From a virus (Duplodnaviria; Caudoviricetes), in the IMG/VR virus record IMGVR_UViG_3300018012_000099: 64,000 nt of DNA; one strand, written 5' to 3'. Below the pieces are notes generated by a model that did no database searches, was not told the DNA's origin, and saw nothing but the letters and a program-made list of their open reading frames with translations. The position numbers were made by a program, and so were the translations under genes. Positions within the stretch are counted from its first letter, which is position 1, and every line of letters begins with the position of its first letter. This document shows positions 12,101 through 20,734 of this stretch, piece after piece.

Positions 12101-13300
12101 GATCCTAATCCACGTTTTTACTTTGATGCTTACGGGGCGGTGGTAGAACAAGCGGTTAGTAATACGGATGTTACGGTCAAGATCGCTGCGCCTGCCAGCC
12201 AAATCTTAAGCGTCAAGTTAGCAGCCGGTGACCCTAACGTAGATTACTTCGCTGGTGGAAAATTAGAAATTGATACTCAACATGCTATCCAAGAAGGAGG
12301 TATCAGCATCGGTACCTCTTCAGTCAAAACTTCTGAGCCCATTTTACAAGTTATAACTGTAAAAATTGTGGATGATTTTACTGGTACCGATTACTTTGCT
12401 AATGGTTCTATTGGCACTGATGGTCAAACTATTTATTTAGGGAAAACTCTACCACTTCCAAATGTTTCAGTTATTATTACTTATCAACCAGCTATTAATG
12501 GTCGTGTTGCTCTCAATACTCAGATAATCAGACTCAATCGTCGACTACCAAATCAAAACTCTCACGTTATTGTCAATTACATTCCACAGGGACTGCAAGG
12601 AGACCGCATCTCCATCTACAAGGATACGTCCGGCTATATCAATTTTAGTATTACTGCCTCGGGTACTAACTTTGTAGTGCGTGCTCCTACTTATTGGGCT
12701 AAGAACACCTGGCATCGTGTTAAGGCTAGTTACAAGATTAATGGTGGTTTCGGACAGGACGAAATGCGTCTATTCTTAGATGGCTATCAATATACTAATG
12801 TGCTCTTTGGTCAAGGATTAGTCTTTGGTAAATTTCCAATGGTGATGGGTTCCGTTTCTGTGGGAGATGGTTATAGTTTGACTGGTAATATCATTTTTAA
12901 GGATCCGATTAATGATTTATTTATCGGTAGCCAGTATGACCAGCGATTTCCTGCCTTTTCTTTGTTGGATAATTTTAGAATTAGCAACATTTCCAGACCA
13001 GTTTTTGCACCATATGGAGAGCCAATTGATGTCAATTGGAGTAGTAACCTAAATACCGTCATCCCAGTTACCCCAGACCTATACACTACCTATTTATTGA
13101 ATTATGATGATATGGTTGTGAAAGGGTCGAATTTTGCAGTTCTTACCGATAGAACAGTAGGATCTTTTGATTTTACAGTTAATATTTTTGATTCATTTGG
13201 TATAGTTAGTAGTAGTGCGAAAGTAAAACAAACTTTGGAAGCTTTAATCAATACTTTAAAGCCCGCTAATACTGTGGCATTTATCCAGTATTATACTTGA
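6125..13300 (+). CDS. Giant baseplate wedge protein (gpI/XkdU-like core) with Ig-like and LamG/concanavalin-A-like domains
   Basis: 2391 aa. Wedge-like ERYRDALMAALSSFLQGPTVAAIK and C-terminal LINTLKPANT. Two LamG-like sets: EGTFEQW..W / WKAGQVHQIAASW / MHLFLDG and QGTVEFWISP / WAKNTWHRVKASY / MRLFLDG / LFIGS / LDNFRIS. ATGA overlap with J. Confidence 0.7.
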   Translation: MTTTNLRIVNVQVISSTEIQATFTENLTPNLTTANVSIISTTNDIPNSEVLSVSVSAAILTVSCQPLTPFATYYIKFVSTPQHLFESINGDAVILQDGVSNQFLITGPIDPDNPVKDYLVNFFNGNIYDTDVETSVISQYINSLAINLARALHDIRQIQNENYLSFTVVDEQQFRSEGPYDRLYEEGAYEVLRVGLGPTDAQATITLTFDDFPSFPVTLQQQENVETPTVSSSNQAGTFNIDTLTFNLNNSPVTQVTNIVFTLGTANPIYTYNIELLGYQINNSRYDQNFASSYATLSTNQVRLNTQILNDPLFDINQIIHIQINYQSKDLGRVISASNIDIFTTLTSIREVLPPIENVFTLQHAPITDSSNNIPLLGGVLFLDPNSNTGSLHPAFLVEIPFRLSALPYAPGQYSIDYTTGTVYVYGATLENDGTGPSPPLATYDYRFTYVSETDYVYDVDLLDLVALPLGNLIKNAGVITLLYEEVLIPDTDYVADTHIESLTERVQNRLVALNSVTTLNSPITNVFQIFNETSGEIYTLDRWTRNNQIYFQYTTPPRVLQQVGERATFQTVSNELLFINSISTNTNSVRVFTIFLANNTIVDGTEDGTGSSINSSMSFSNGNIFVVERWYNQEFNATFNFNRLSNPGEYTVDYVNGIIYLAVSATQSNNVGAVTYKMDVIDPNFPHVLSVDDIYYRVSPLAPKNKQFAYLSFGDSHIIPDKPDPSDEAFLNGFVGAPYQLFNNQVGTFVSSSFLPGVTNQVKFVRGVFEYQDLLNNTNPINFASASVGGNFNITVNSLMGQAFDSVQFDGTHYYVLFNQNIPYLSTDILFDFTITRVSDGYSLWDATHVGTIVSGDPVKLVLTGFNSPHTGDLVSVTYSFTILPLSRVIVDYNKGDYFVDYTYLADELIISYEYGDNVIDFRQSNKVSPGTPYYVTYRAGALRDALVKNFGSLVNLPELASLDVNFPRERYRDALMAALSSFLQGPTVAAIKNIGQIISHTEPQVIESAFQTWSLGQGLLFPQSIDTTGAFQLLPAHFGNGVLVNQPNQTITMPANSNIRLEEGTFEQWIVPQWDGLDNDAALTFNITRDGYPINPYRVFIGASEYHPIITNSTFILTKESNVTGLPNTNKDGVFIWYGKDISGNFNRWYLEIIDGYVQPVAPVYKIKITSTGKFYDAKAFNLPSPSNAVIFTGLSALNVTITTNGTPIEEGVTFLSDVEHYFLDVGRKKDRSRLSVFKDASGYMNFRTWDNTGIMYSISADVSSWKAGQVHQIAASWKLSTRNERDEMHLFLDGLEVPNIIKYSQKLQPYLHEKFRTINPEEIAGLSNRDIVGSDDLTTIAGTNSVSSSINFSQFNIFLGDTIIINEIGFSSIGYQIASINGQTLTLNGIMPLSLKGDGRFSINETSFLITSDINVAPNTTVSTIHTFVTGNDLITTMNSNVVTSPGTNFTTKGVQPGYLLRIDSNSPVLVYSIVQVSGHSLTITDPFPVNQTNINFQVYSNTENELPGVRALHPDYAISENSSFQNVLTIFNGIFANDLILVRTLGLNHRDIKKQYYIWSTQKENIIMTQLPPPISLDEADVTKIITPVTAIGPNNSTLVGGVFHSNLIPTAHPTNAQVGRTIQVTIAGTNTDFSTPVQVLLNGVVGINIVTETVTFTNYGTLDFANGFTSLNWVMVIAKPINSAKAALTVELREKYPMTHSEFSGLAPVIRYSYHITGGYTLYADGYDQWVTDGYNLFSDLDIGNYLVIHSPAVVDGYSVAGFYIITGLSVDRHSISIRPTYASGPVPLPPFTGGVYEVLDTTQYRSGLQNGFFTFEVGLLPGEAFFLSTGFYEFDYSTYARIKFDPLNVPIYFGSDMFGGNQANSILDQTILYSVMLTDTRVGEVVAANQRSITKDYNSLIPITSNQQTLVLITFDNFPFTNSALVYVNTDTDRIHFQSNWAVNDNFNQSIVILDKPILVPNTGILDTRKQGTVEFWISPLFDTANDPNPRFYFDAYGAVVEQAVSNTDVTVKIAAPASQILSVKLAAGDPNVDYFAGGKLEIDTQHAIQEGGISIGTSSVKTSEPILQVITVKIVDDFTGTDYFANGSIGTDGQTIYLGKTLPLPNVSVIITYQPAINGRVALNTQIIRLNRRLPNQNSHVIVNYIPQGLQGDRISIYKDTSGYINFSITASGTNFVVRAPTYWAKNTWHRVKASYKINGGFGQDEMRLFLDGYQYTNVLFGQGLVFGKFPMVMGSVSVGDGYSLTGNIIFKDPINDLFIGSQYDQRFPAFSLLDNFRISNISRPVFAPYGEPIDVNWSSNLNTVIPVTPDLYTTYLLNYDDMVVKGSNFAVLTDRTVGSFDFTVNIFDSFGIVSSSAKVKQTLEALINTLKPANTVAFIQYYT

Positions 13301-13308
13301 GAGAAATT

Positions 13309-16300
13309 ATGACTAAACGCAGCCCGGTATCCGCCCCAAAACCCATATGGTACGATAGTCAACAGGTTGATGAGACCGATCTAACCACACAACAGATAGC
13401 TGACGCTACTGTGGAATCATCTATTCTCAATAATCATATAGGGACAGGGGTTTTGCCAGAAACCCTGATTCCGCATGTCTTATTCGATTCCAATCTAGTT
13501 GCCGGATTTTTGGATGGATTGGCTATTCAATCTCAGTCTCAACCTAGTGACAATAATTTAGGTAATCAACTTTCACTCTCTTTGACTAAATCTGACGCAT
13601 CTGTTTATCGCAATGTTAAGGTGGGTATTATTGGTTTAGATTTTCAGAGCAATTTACAATACGAAACTTTCGTTTTCAAAACCAACGAAGTGCAAGTAAG
13701 TCAACATCATTTTACTAAGATTTTGGTGTTATTGTTCAATGATTTGAAGGGAGATCCCACGCGCTCCTTCAACTTGGGTGGGGATTTAGTAATTTCAGAG
13801 GCTCGTCCCATGCAACTCTCTAGAGAGTCTATTATGATCTCTCAGGCTGTGGAGCCTAATCTATTTTTTAGGGATTTTTTTATTGATCCTTCTTTAGGTC
13901 CTATCTCACTACAAGCTATGTTGCAAGCAGCCTTGCCGTTCTACAATGTTAGTAGTTTAAATATTAAGACTCAGCCACTAGATAACCTAGTTATTTCTAG
14001 TGGAGATGTCACCACTCAAATTGGTCAAAAGTTTCAAGCTTCTACTAATAATATTCAAAAAATTACTCTATTACTTTCAGTTAGAAATTTAGTTGCAGGA
14101 CAACAGAATAATTTAATATGGAATGGTGATTTAATTGTTAGTATTTTTCCACTACAAACTACTATTAACTGTGCTACCGATTTAGCCCCAGGTTTACCAA
14201 TTAATTTCTCACCATCTAGTATTCCGGTTGCTCAAATCAGTTTCAACTACGGAAGTTTACAGGCTTCTGGTGTAATTTTAGATTCCATTCCACAACCAGT
14301 AGATTTTATTTTTAGTAACACACCAGCCGCCGTAGGTAATCTTATTCAATCGGGTAATTATTATTGCATAGCCGTTAAACGTGCTGGTAATGCCAATCAA
14401 TGTGATATTCTGATCGCTATCGGAGGAGATGATATTTCTAATTCTAATGCTGCTACTTTTACTGGAGATCTATGGGTTGATTTACCAGGTGAGGATTTAT
14501 GGTTCCGTATTTGGACCGACGCCTCCAAAGTGGCTGATGGTCAGGCTTATGATACTGGTAATGGTGTAACTATTCCAAAAACTATTACCGATCCATCTAG
14601 TCAAGCCACCATAGATTATACTTTTGGACCACAACCATTCGTGGGTAATGATACTTTCAGGGCTGTTTTGGCTGCCATTAATGTAGAAAGTGATCCGGTA
14701 CCTGATGCCAGGACAGGCGAACCAGTAGAGTCTAGACAACAGCTAGAACCACAAGTAACTTTAATGGGCACAGTAGATATTACTAACCTAGAATCTACTA
14801 CTGAGCCTTTAATTTTGGGAACTATTTCTGATAAAAATATCAAGACTTTTCAAACCAGCAACATAGTTATTAATTCAAAGCTGTATACTGCTACTATGGC
14901 TAACAATACTATGTTAATTAGAATAGTAGATGATCCAACTGATGTAGTTAGATTTGATACTTCAGTTTCAGCTCTAGCTACAGAATTACTTAATGGTAAT
15001 TTAGTTGGAGCCAGCATCGCCCCAGATGGAAATAATCCATCTATTACTTATCGTGTTGCTACTGCTAGACTGTGCTCTATGTTAGTAGGAGATGTAGATG
15101 GTAATGGAATTATTGATGAGAATGATTTAAATCTTCTTAATAGCTATCTCGGCTATAATATGAACATTGCGCCACCTCAACAAACTATCATTAATACTAC
15201 CGGTATGTCGTTGGGTAGCACCACTACATTTATCAATGGTTACGAAACCCTTATTCAACCATTTGCTAATTTATTTTCTGTACAATTCCAGTTGGTAGAT
15301 CCTAACACTAATTTGGTAGTGGCGGATGGATATGATGGCGTTTTGATTGCTAATCCAGCTAATCCAAGACTAGCACAATTTACCAGTGCCAGTGTAGCTT
15401 TTAATACTATAGTCGGTTTAACCTCTTACAAACTGGTCATTCTAACCAACACTAATCAAGCTGATCATGGTGGTTTTAATATTATCTCTCTGGATTCTAC
15501 TGCCGATGTTTTGACTATTCAGAAGGTTTTCCTTACTGAAGATAATCTTGGTCAATTACTCAGAGCAGATATTGATGGCGACTTTGTTATTACTTTTATT
15601 GATGGCTACTTATTAGAAAGTTATATTCAACGTTTGCCATTATCGCACTCTCCGGTTAGTACTTATCCCGCCCCCAGCACTAATCCATATACTAAAATTG
15701 GCACTAGATTTAATGTCATTGAATTAGAATTAGAACAATTCATTGATCGTACGGATGATTATACTGCCAATCCAGCTACTCGATCAAGCAGCGTCCACCC
15801 ATTACCAGATATCTTTTTGGATGATGGATACTTTGCGGGCCACGATTTCTATCATTTTCCGGTTCCAATTATTTTTATAGAGCAACTTACTTGGGATGAT
15901 TCTCTAATTATCACTGATTCTATGCCTAAATTAGTGCCTAGCGTCTTCACTTCTCTCACTGGTTTTAATGTTTCATCCTGTCTCATCAATGGCATTCAGT
16001 GCAATGTGTATCCAGTAACACAGCCTTTTGATCCTGGTACCATTGATTATTTTGTTCCTAATAATCTTATCATCGGAACTGGTGATCTACAACGTCCAGA
16101 TGGGGAATTCTATAAAGTGGACTTTGAAATTGGAACCATCGTTTTGGAAATTCCAGATGGTCTCTTTGGCTCTGAACGTACTATTGATATTTTCAATGAT
16201 TTTATGGTAGACGTAACGGGTAACGGTGCCACTAAGCTTGGCTTTCCATCTATGAGGTTCGCTGACTGTTCTTTCGTAGGTCCTAATGCTCTGGCAAATG

Positions 16301-17346
16301 ATCAGGTTCGATTCTCAGTAGCTGTACAGTCATTCTCTCCTAATGTAGATGGTTATAGCGATGATGGTTACTATGGAGCTATTGTAGATGGTAAGATGGG
16401 TGTCAGCATCGATTATACTACTGGTTTGCTCACTTTAAATTTTAGCAATCTATATCAAGATCCAGTACTACAAACTCTTAGCACTAAGATTCAAATTAAT
16501 GTCTTCTTAAAGAAAGGTGGATTTAACAACCAAACTTTGTTTGTGGATTCCACAAAAGTCCAGAATATGCTAGGTATGATTAGTGTTTTCAGTGGGGCTA
16601 ATGATGGTGGTCCATCCGCTCTAGTAGATTTGGGTTTCGATGTTACGGGTATCCTACCTATCTTGCATGGTGGCACCGGGCTCAATGCAGTTGGTGCGGT
16701 CGGCACAGTGTTGACTAGTACTGGTAGTGGTTTAAGTTATCAATTTATTGCGGACTTGGCTGGATTCATTCCGTTCTCCGTAGGTATGGCTAGTGCGGAT
16801 CAAGTACCAAAGACAGATGGTTATGGATTCTTGGATCCAAGTTTTTATTACAAGAACCCAGTGTACATATACGGGGTAGCTGGTACTTTTTCTAATGACA
16901 GTAGTACTCCTGTTACAATTGGAGCGTTGACTTTTAGATTTGATACTTTTATTCTAGAAGGTTGGTCTACATTTGAGTTAGAGGTAATTCTAGAAACTAC
17001 TAATGCATCTGATACGGCTAGAGTGCAATTATACAATGTTAATACGCACACTTATTTGAATTTAGCTACGGGTCCAAGTCAATACTTAACTACTACTAAT
17101 ACATTTGCTACTTTGGTAAGATCGATAGATTTGAGTTCTCAGCTATCTAGTGGTCAAACAGACTTCGTATACGAAGTTCATCTTAGTTTAAGTCCAACCA
17201 GCGGTACTGATGTAGCTATCTGCAAGATGGCTCGACTGGTTATCACTTATAATAATTTGACTTTGAACGGTTCGGCGCAGATTGCTCCTCCAGTTTCTCA
17301 TAGCTATAATTTCGTACCGTTCTTGCCTACCCCTACTCCAGCCTAA
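13309..17346 (+). CDS. Baseplate-proximal structural/fibre protein with dockerin-like Ca-binding repeats
   Basis: N-terminal WYDSQQVDETDL resembles fibre-attachment N-termini. Contains GDVDGNGIIDENDLNLL and ADIDGDFVITFIDGYLL, plus the LPILHGGTG fibre motif. ATG at 13309 preferred over TTG at 13297. Confidence 0.6.
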   Translation: MTKRSPVSAPKPIWYDSQQVDETDLTTQQIADATVESSILNNHIGTGVLPETLIPHVLFDSNLVAGFLDGLAIQSQSQPSDNNLGNQLSLSLTKSDASVYRNVKVGIIGLDFQSNLQYETFVFKTNEVQVSQHHFTKILVLLFNDLKGDPTRSFNLGGDLVISEARPMQLSRESIMISQAVEPNLFFRDFFIDPSLGPISLQAMLQAALPFYNVSSLNIKTQPLDNLVISSGDVTTQIGQKFQASTNNIQKITLLLSVRNLVAGQQNNLIWNGDLIVSIFPLQTTINCATDLAPGLPINFSPSSIPVAQISFNYGSLQASGVILDSIPQPVDFIFSNTPAAVGNLIQSGNYYCIAVKRAGNANQCDILIAIGGDDISNSNAATFTGDLWVDLPGEDLWFRIWTDASKVADGQAYDTGNGVTIPKTITDPSSQATIDYTFGPQPFVGNDTFRAVLAAINVESDPVPDARTGEPVESRQQLEPQVTLMGTVDITNLESTTEPLILGTISDKNIKTFQTSNIVINSKLYTATMANNTMLIRIVDDPTDVVRFDTSVSALATELLNGNLVGASIAPDGNNPSITYRVATARLCSMLVGDVDGNGIIDENDLNLLNSYLGYNMNIAPPQQTIINTTGMSLGSTTTFINGYETLIQPFANLFSVQFQLVDPNTNLVVADGYDGVLIANPANPRLAQFTSASVAFNTIVGLTSYKLVILTNTNQADHGGFNIISLDSTADVLTIQKVFLTEDNLGQLLRADIDGDFVITFIDGYLLESYIQRLPLSHSPVSTYPAPSTNPYTKIGTRFNVIELELEQFIDRTDDYTANPATRSSSVHPLPDIFLDDGYFAGHDFYHFPVPIIFIEQLTWDDSLIITDSMPKLVPSVFTSLTGFNVSSCLINGIQCNVYPVTQPFDPGTIDYFVPNNLIIGTGDLQRPDGEFYKVDFEIGTIVLEIPDGLFGSERTIDIFNDFMVDVTGNGATKLGFPSMRFADCSFVGPNALANDQVRFSVAVQSFSPNVDGYSDDGYYGAIVDGKMGVSIDYTTGLLTLNFSNLYQDPVLQTLSTKIQINVFLKKGGFNNQTLFVDSTKVQNMLGMISVFSGANDGGPSALVDLGFDVTGILPILHGGTGLNAVGAVGTVLTSTGSGLSYQFIADLAGFIPFSVGMASADQVPKTDGYGFLDPSFYYKNPVYIYGVAGTFSNDSSTPVTIGALTFRFDTFILEGWSTFELEVILETTNASDTARVQLYNVNTHTYLNLATGPSQYLTTTNTFATLVRSIDLSSQLSSGQTDFVYEVHLSLSPTSGTDVAICKMARLVITYNNLTLNGSAQIAPPVSHSYNFVPFLPTPTPA

Positions 17347-17367
17347 GGTTTGGTTATATAGGCAAGT

Positions 17368-18495
17368 ATGAAGGTTTTGATCCGCCAATTTTTGGGTAAA
17401 AATCACAGTTGGTCCGTAGTGGGTTGGGGCATTGCTAATGCTCTAATTAAGCAAGGACACGAGGTTCACCTCTTCTCTACCGATGGTGTCCAACATTTGC
17501 CCAATAATTTGCGTAGTCATATCGTAGGTTTTACAGAAGAAAATCAACCTAAAGTTTTTGGTAGACTGCCTGATAAAGAGTATGATTGTCAGGTTAGCTA
17601 TACAGCTATGAAAAACTTTCCGATATTCTTGGGTAATGGAAATCAAAATAGATTTGGTATTTGGTGCTATGAATGGTTTGGTAATAATATTTTACCGATG
17701 GGATTTGCTAAGCACTACAAATTTTGCGATTGGTTATGTTCTCCCTCTAACTTTGTAAAGAATGAAATATTCATCAAAAATGGTATTCCGGAAAGTGCTA
17801 TCCAGGTTATTCCGCATGGTATTAATACGGATCAATATCAACAAGATACCAAAATAATTCTTCCTACCAAAAAGAAATTCAAATTACTTGCTAATATTGC
17901 TCAAAACCATATTAGAAAAAACATTCCTGGCTTATTAGACGCTTATGGTAAAGCCTTTACTAATAATGATGATGTGTGTCTTATTCTAAAAGCCAAAGAT
18001 AAACCAGTAGTTGCGCCATTTGAAGTATCTCTTAATGACTGTCTCAAGACTTTTAATCAGAAATATCCAAAACATGCTGAAGTGAAAATATTCTCGGAAT
18101 TCTTGCCGGACATTTCTGCCCTGTATCGTAGTGTAGATGCCATCTACACCATGAGTTATGGTGAAGGATTTTATTTTCCTGGCTTGGAAGGATTAGCTGC
18201 TGGTAAACTATCCATCGCTCCTGACCATGGCGGTCATGTGGATTTTCTTAACAATCAAAATGCCCTATTAGTCAAGAGCGTCCCCGAGCGTGCTAATCCT
18301 AAAAGTATGTACTGGGAGCCTAAACCTGACGCTATGTGGTATAAGCCGGATATAGATAGCGCAGTCAGTCAGCTTCGTCATGCATTTCAGAATTATGAAA
18401 GCATTAATCAAGTAGTGGAGAGCCAAAGGGAGTATATTTTTGATACTTATAATTGGACTACTATCACCTCACAAATTACAAATTTATGCCGATGA
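17368..18495 (+). CDS. Glycosyltransferase, GT-B fold (family 4 / Glycos_transf_1-like)
   Basis: VIPHGIN, RKNIPGLLDAY, LILKAK, LYRSVDA, GEGFYFPGLEGLAAGK (E-x7-E motif), GGHVDFL. Confidence 0.9.
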   Translation: MKVLIRQFLGKNHSWSVVGWGIANALIKQGHEVHLFSTDGVQHLPNNLRSHIVGFTEENQPKVFGRLPDKEYDCQVSYTAMKNFPIFLGNGNQNRFGIWCYEWFGNNILPMGFAKHYKFCDWLCSPSNFVKNEIFIKNGIPESAIQVIPHGINTDQYQQDTKIILPTKKKFKLLANIAQNHIRKNIPGLLDAYGKAFTNNDDVCLILKAKDKPVVAPFEVSLNDCLKTFNQKYPKHAEVKIFSEFLPDISALYRSVDAIYTMSYGEGFYFPGLEGLAAGKLSIAPDHGGHVDFLNNQNALLVKSVPERANPKSMYWEPKPDAMWYKPDIDSAVSQLRHAFQNYESINQVVESQREYIFDTYNWTTITSQITNLCR

Positions 18496-18510
18496 TTAAG
18501 AAGAATAATT

Positions 18511-19227
18511 ATGTCTAAATACGATTTCGCCCTAGATATGAAAACAGATAACTCTCTTTCTGTTATTCTCAGAAATATGAAACTAAACTCTACCGTATTA
18601 GAGGTGGGTCCTGCCCATGGTCGTATGACCAAGTATATGAAGGAGACCCTCAATTGTAATGTAGATATTGTGGAAATTGATGAAGAAGCCGGCAATGTGG
18701 CAAAACAATGGGCAAGGAATGCTTATTTAGGGCCGCGACTCGGCGACATCGAACGAGAAATTGAACTACATCCAATTGGAAAGGGTAGTATATTTAATTT
18801 AATTGCAAATCACGGCACTTTTGACTATATAATTTTTGCCGATGTATTAGAGCACTTAGTAAATCCAGATAAAGTGTTGTCCAATTCAAAACAAGTATTA
18901 AATAAAGATGGTTCTGTTTGGATCTCTATCCCTAACATAGCTTATAATGGCGTTATCCTGGAATTGATGAACGATCAATTTACCTATCGAGAAACTGGTC
19001 TGCTAGATAATACTCACCTTCGTTTTTTCACTATGAACTCTCTAGATAAAATGGTTAAGAAGTGTGGATTCAGGATTAATTTTGAACATAATTTGCAGAA
19101 TAAGGTTAATTTTTCCGAGTTTAAAGATGCTTATACTAAGGTTCCACCGGCAATAGCGTCTTTCCTTAAATTTAGACCTGGCGGAGAAGTTTACCAAATG
19201 ATATGGGAGCTAAAGGTTAATGAATAA
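18511..19227 (+). CDS. Class I SAM-dependent methyltransferase (Methyltransf_23-like, glycan-cluster type)
   Basis: VLEVGPAHG motif I, FDYIIFADVLEHL, ISIPNIA, GLLDNTHLRFFT. Confidence 0.88.
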   Translation: MSKYDFALDMKTDNSLSVILRNMKLNSTVLEVGPAHGRMTKYMKETLNCNVDIVEIDEEAGNVAKQWARNAYLGPRLGDIEREIELHPIGKGSIFNLIANHGTFDYIIFADVLEHLVNPDKVLSNSKQVLNKDGSVWISIPNIAYNGVILELMNDQFTYRETGLLDNTHLRFFTMNSLDKMVKKCGFRINFEHNLQNKVNFSEFKDAYTKVPPAIASFLKFRPGGEVYQMIWELKVNE

Positions 19228-19942
19228 AGTACTCAGCATTATCATTCCGGTTTTCAACAAATACAATTTCACTAAAGCCTGTCTACAAGACCTTGCCAAA
19301 CTGCCCGAGGATCATCAAATTATCGTAGTGGATAACGGAAGTAGCGACGAGACCCAACGCGAGCTAGAGAAAAATAAAAAAATTACCTATCATCGTGAGT
19401 CGGTCAATTTAGGATTTGCCAAGGCGTGCAACGAAGGTTATAGTATAGCAGTCGCGCCGAACATTCTATTTTTAAACAACGACATTCGCGTGAAAACCAA
19501 CCATGAAGGTTGGACTCAAGAACTGATCAAATGGTGCTCGCAGGGCTTAGTAGGACCCACCATGGGGCAATTAGATAACGAGTTGAACTTCGTACAAGAA
19601 GCCAATCGATCCCTCCCAGGTAAATCTTACATGTCAGGTTGGTGCCTTGCATCTTCCAAAGAAATTTGGGACAAACTGGAAATTAGACGAGATACCACGA
19701 TCCTCTACGATCGAACTCCAGCCCCTCAAATATTCTCGGAAGAATTTGGTTTAGCATATTTTGAGGATACGGATCTCTCATTTAGAGCTAGGAAGTTGGG
19801 AATTGCTATGCAGGTCATAGACATGCCAGTGGTTCATTTTGGCAAGCAAACCAGTCGTCAATTAAATACACATCAGTTGTATAAACAAGCAAGACAAATC
19901 TTTGTCAAGAAGTGGAGTAAGGATAATGCCAGAGGGTCCTGA
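19220..19942 (+). CDS. Glycosyltransferase family 2 (GT-A)
   Basis: LSIIIPVFN, IVVDNGSSDET, NLGFAKACNEG, LFLNND, YFEDTDLSFRA. Confidence 0.9.
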   Translation: MNKVLSIIIPVFNKYNFTKACLQDLAKLPEDHQIIVVDNGSSDETQRELEKNKKITYHRESVNLGFAKACNEGYSIAVAPNILFLNNDIRVKTNHEGWTQELIKWCSQGLVGPTMGQLDNELNFVQEANRSLPGKSYMSGWCLASSKEIWDKLEIRRDTTILYDRTPAPQIFSEEFGLAYFEDTDLSFRARKLGIAMQVIDMPVVHFGKQTSRQLNTHQLYKQARQIFVKKWSKDNARGS

Positions 19943-20726
19943 GGTGCGTCTAAGTGTGGAATTAATTCGTCCATTAGTTGTGGGAAAAACTACTGCTGTC
20001 TTTTCTATGCATGGCAGATATCAAAAGACTAATCCAGAAGGACTGGATGCGTTCAAAAACAAATCACCAGTTCTTGATGTAAAAACCAAAGGTAAATTCA
20101 TGTATTGGGTTTTCGAGGATGAATGGTATATGTTTTGCACCTTTGGAATGAGTGGTCAGTGGAGCCCTAAAAGAGGCAAACACCCAGCTCTCGGTATTGA
20201 GTTTACTGATGGAAGTAAAGTGTACTTTAATGATCCGCGCCATTTTGGAACCATTAAATTCGTTCACGGTGAAGCTAACCTCAAAAAGAAACTAGCAGAA
20301 TTAGGTTGGGACCCTTTCGATGGTGCTACAGATTTTAATATTCTGTGGGTTGAATCTAAGATCAAATCTTCTAATAAAACAATTGGCGAAATATTGATGA
20401 ACCAATCTATATTTGCAGGTGTGGGTAATTATATTCGTGCTGAAGCATTATATATATCCAAAATATCTCCTTGGCGTACTGCTAATAGTTTATTGGATGA
20501 AGAGATTTATTCTCTTTGTGATAATATCGTAATTATTATGCAAGAATCATACAAACATCAGGGCGCCACTATCCATACTTATGCTACGCCATATGGTGAA
20601 GAAGGTAAGTATTCTAGTTGTTTTAAAGTTTATGGTCAAAAACAAGATCCATTAGGTAATCCGATTAAGAAAGAAACTACACCAGAAGGCAGAGCTATCC
20701 ATTGGTGTCCAGCAGTACAAAGTTAA
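19926..20726 (+). CDS. Fpg/Nei DNA glycosylase/AP lyase, zincless-finger type
   Basis: Starts MPEGPEV (catalytic Pro2/Glu3). Contains KGKFM, FNDPRHFG and the H2TH motif QSIFAGVGNYIRAEALY. C-terminal finger lacks the four Cys. True start is ATG 19926. Confidence 0.92.
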   Translation: MPEGPEVRLSVELIRPLVVGKTTAVFSMHGRYQKTNPEGLDAFKNKSPVLDVKTKGKFMYWVFEDEWYMFCTFGMSGQWSPKRGKHPALGIEFTDGSKVYFNDPRHFGTIKFVHGEANLKKKLAELGWDPFDGATDFNILWVESKIKSSNKTIGEILMNQSIFAGVGNYIRAEALYISKISPWRTANSLLDEEIYSLCDNIVIIMQESYKHQGATIHTYATPYGEEGKYSSCFKVYGQKQDPLGNPIKKETTPEGRAIHWCPAVQS

Positions 20727-20734
20727 GGTGTAAG

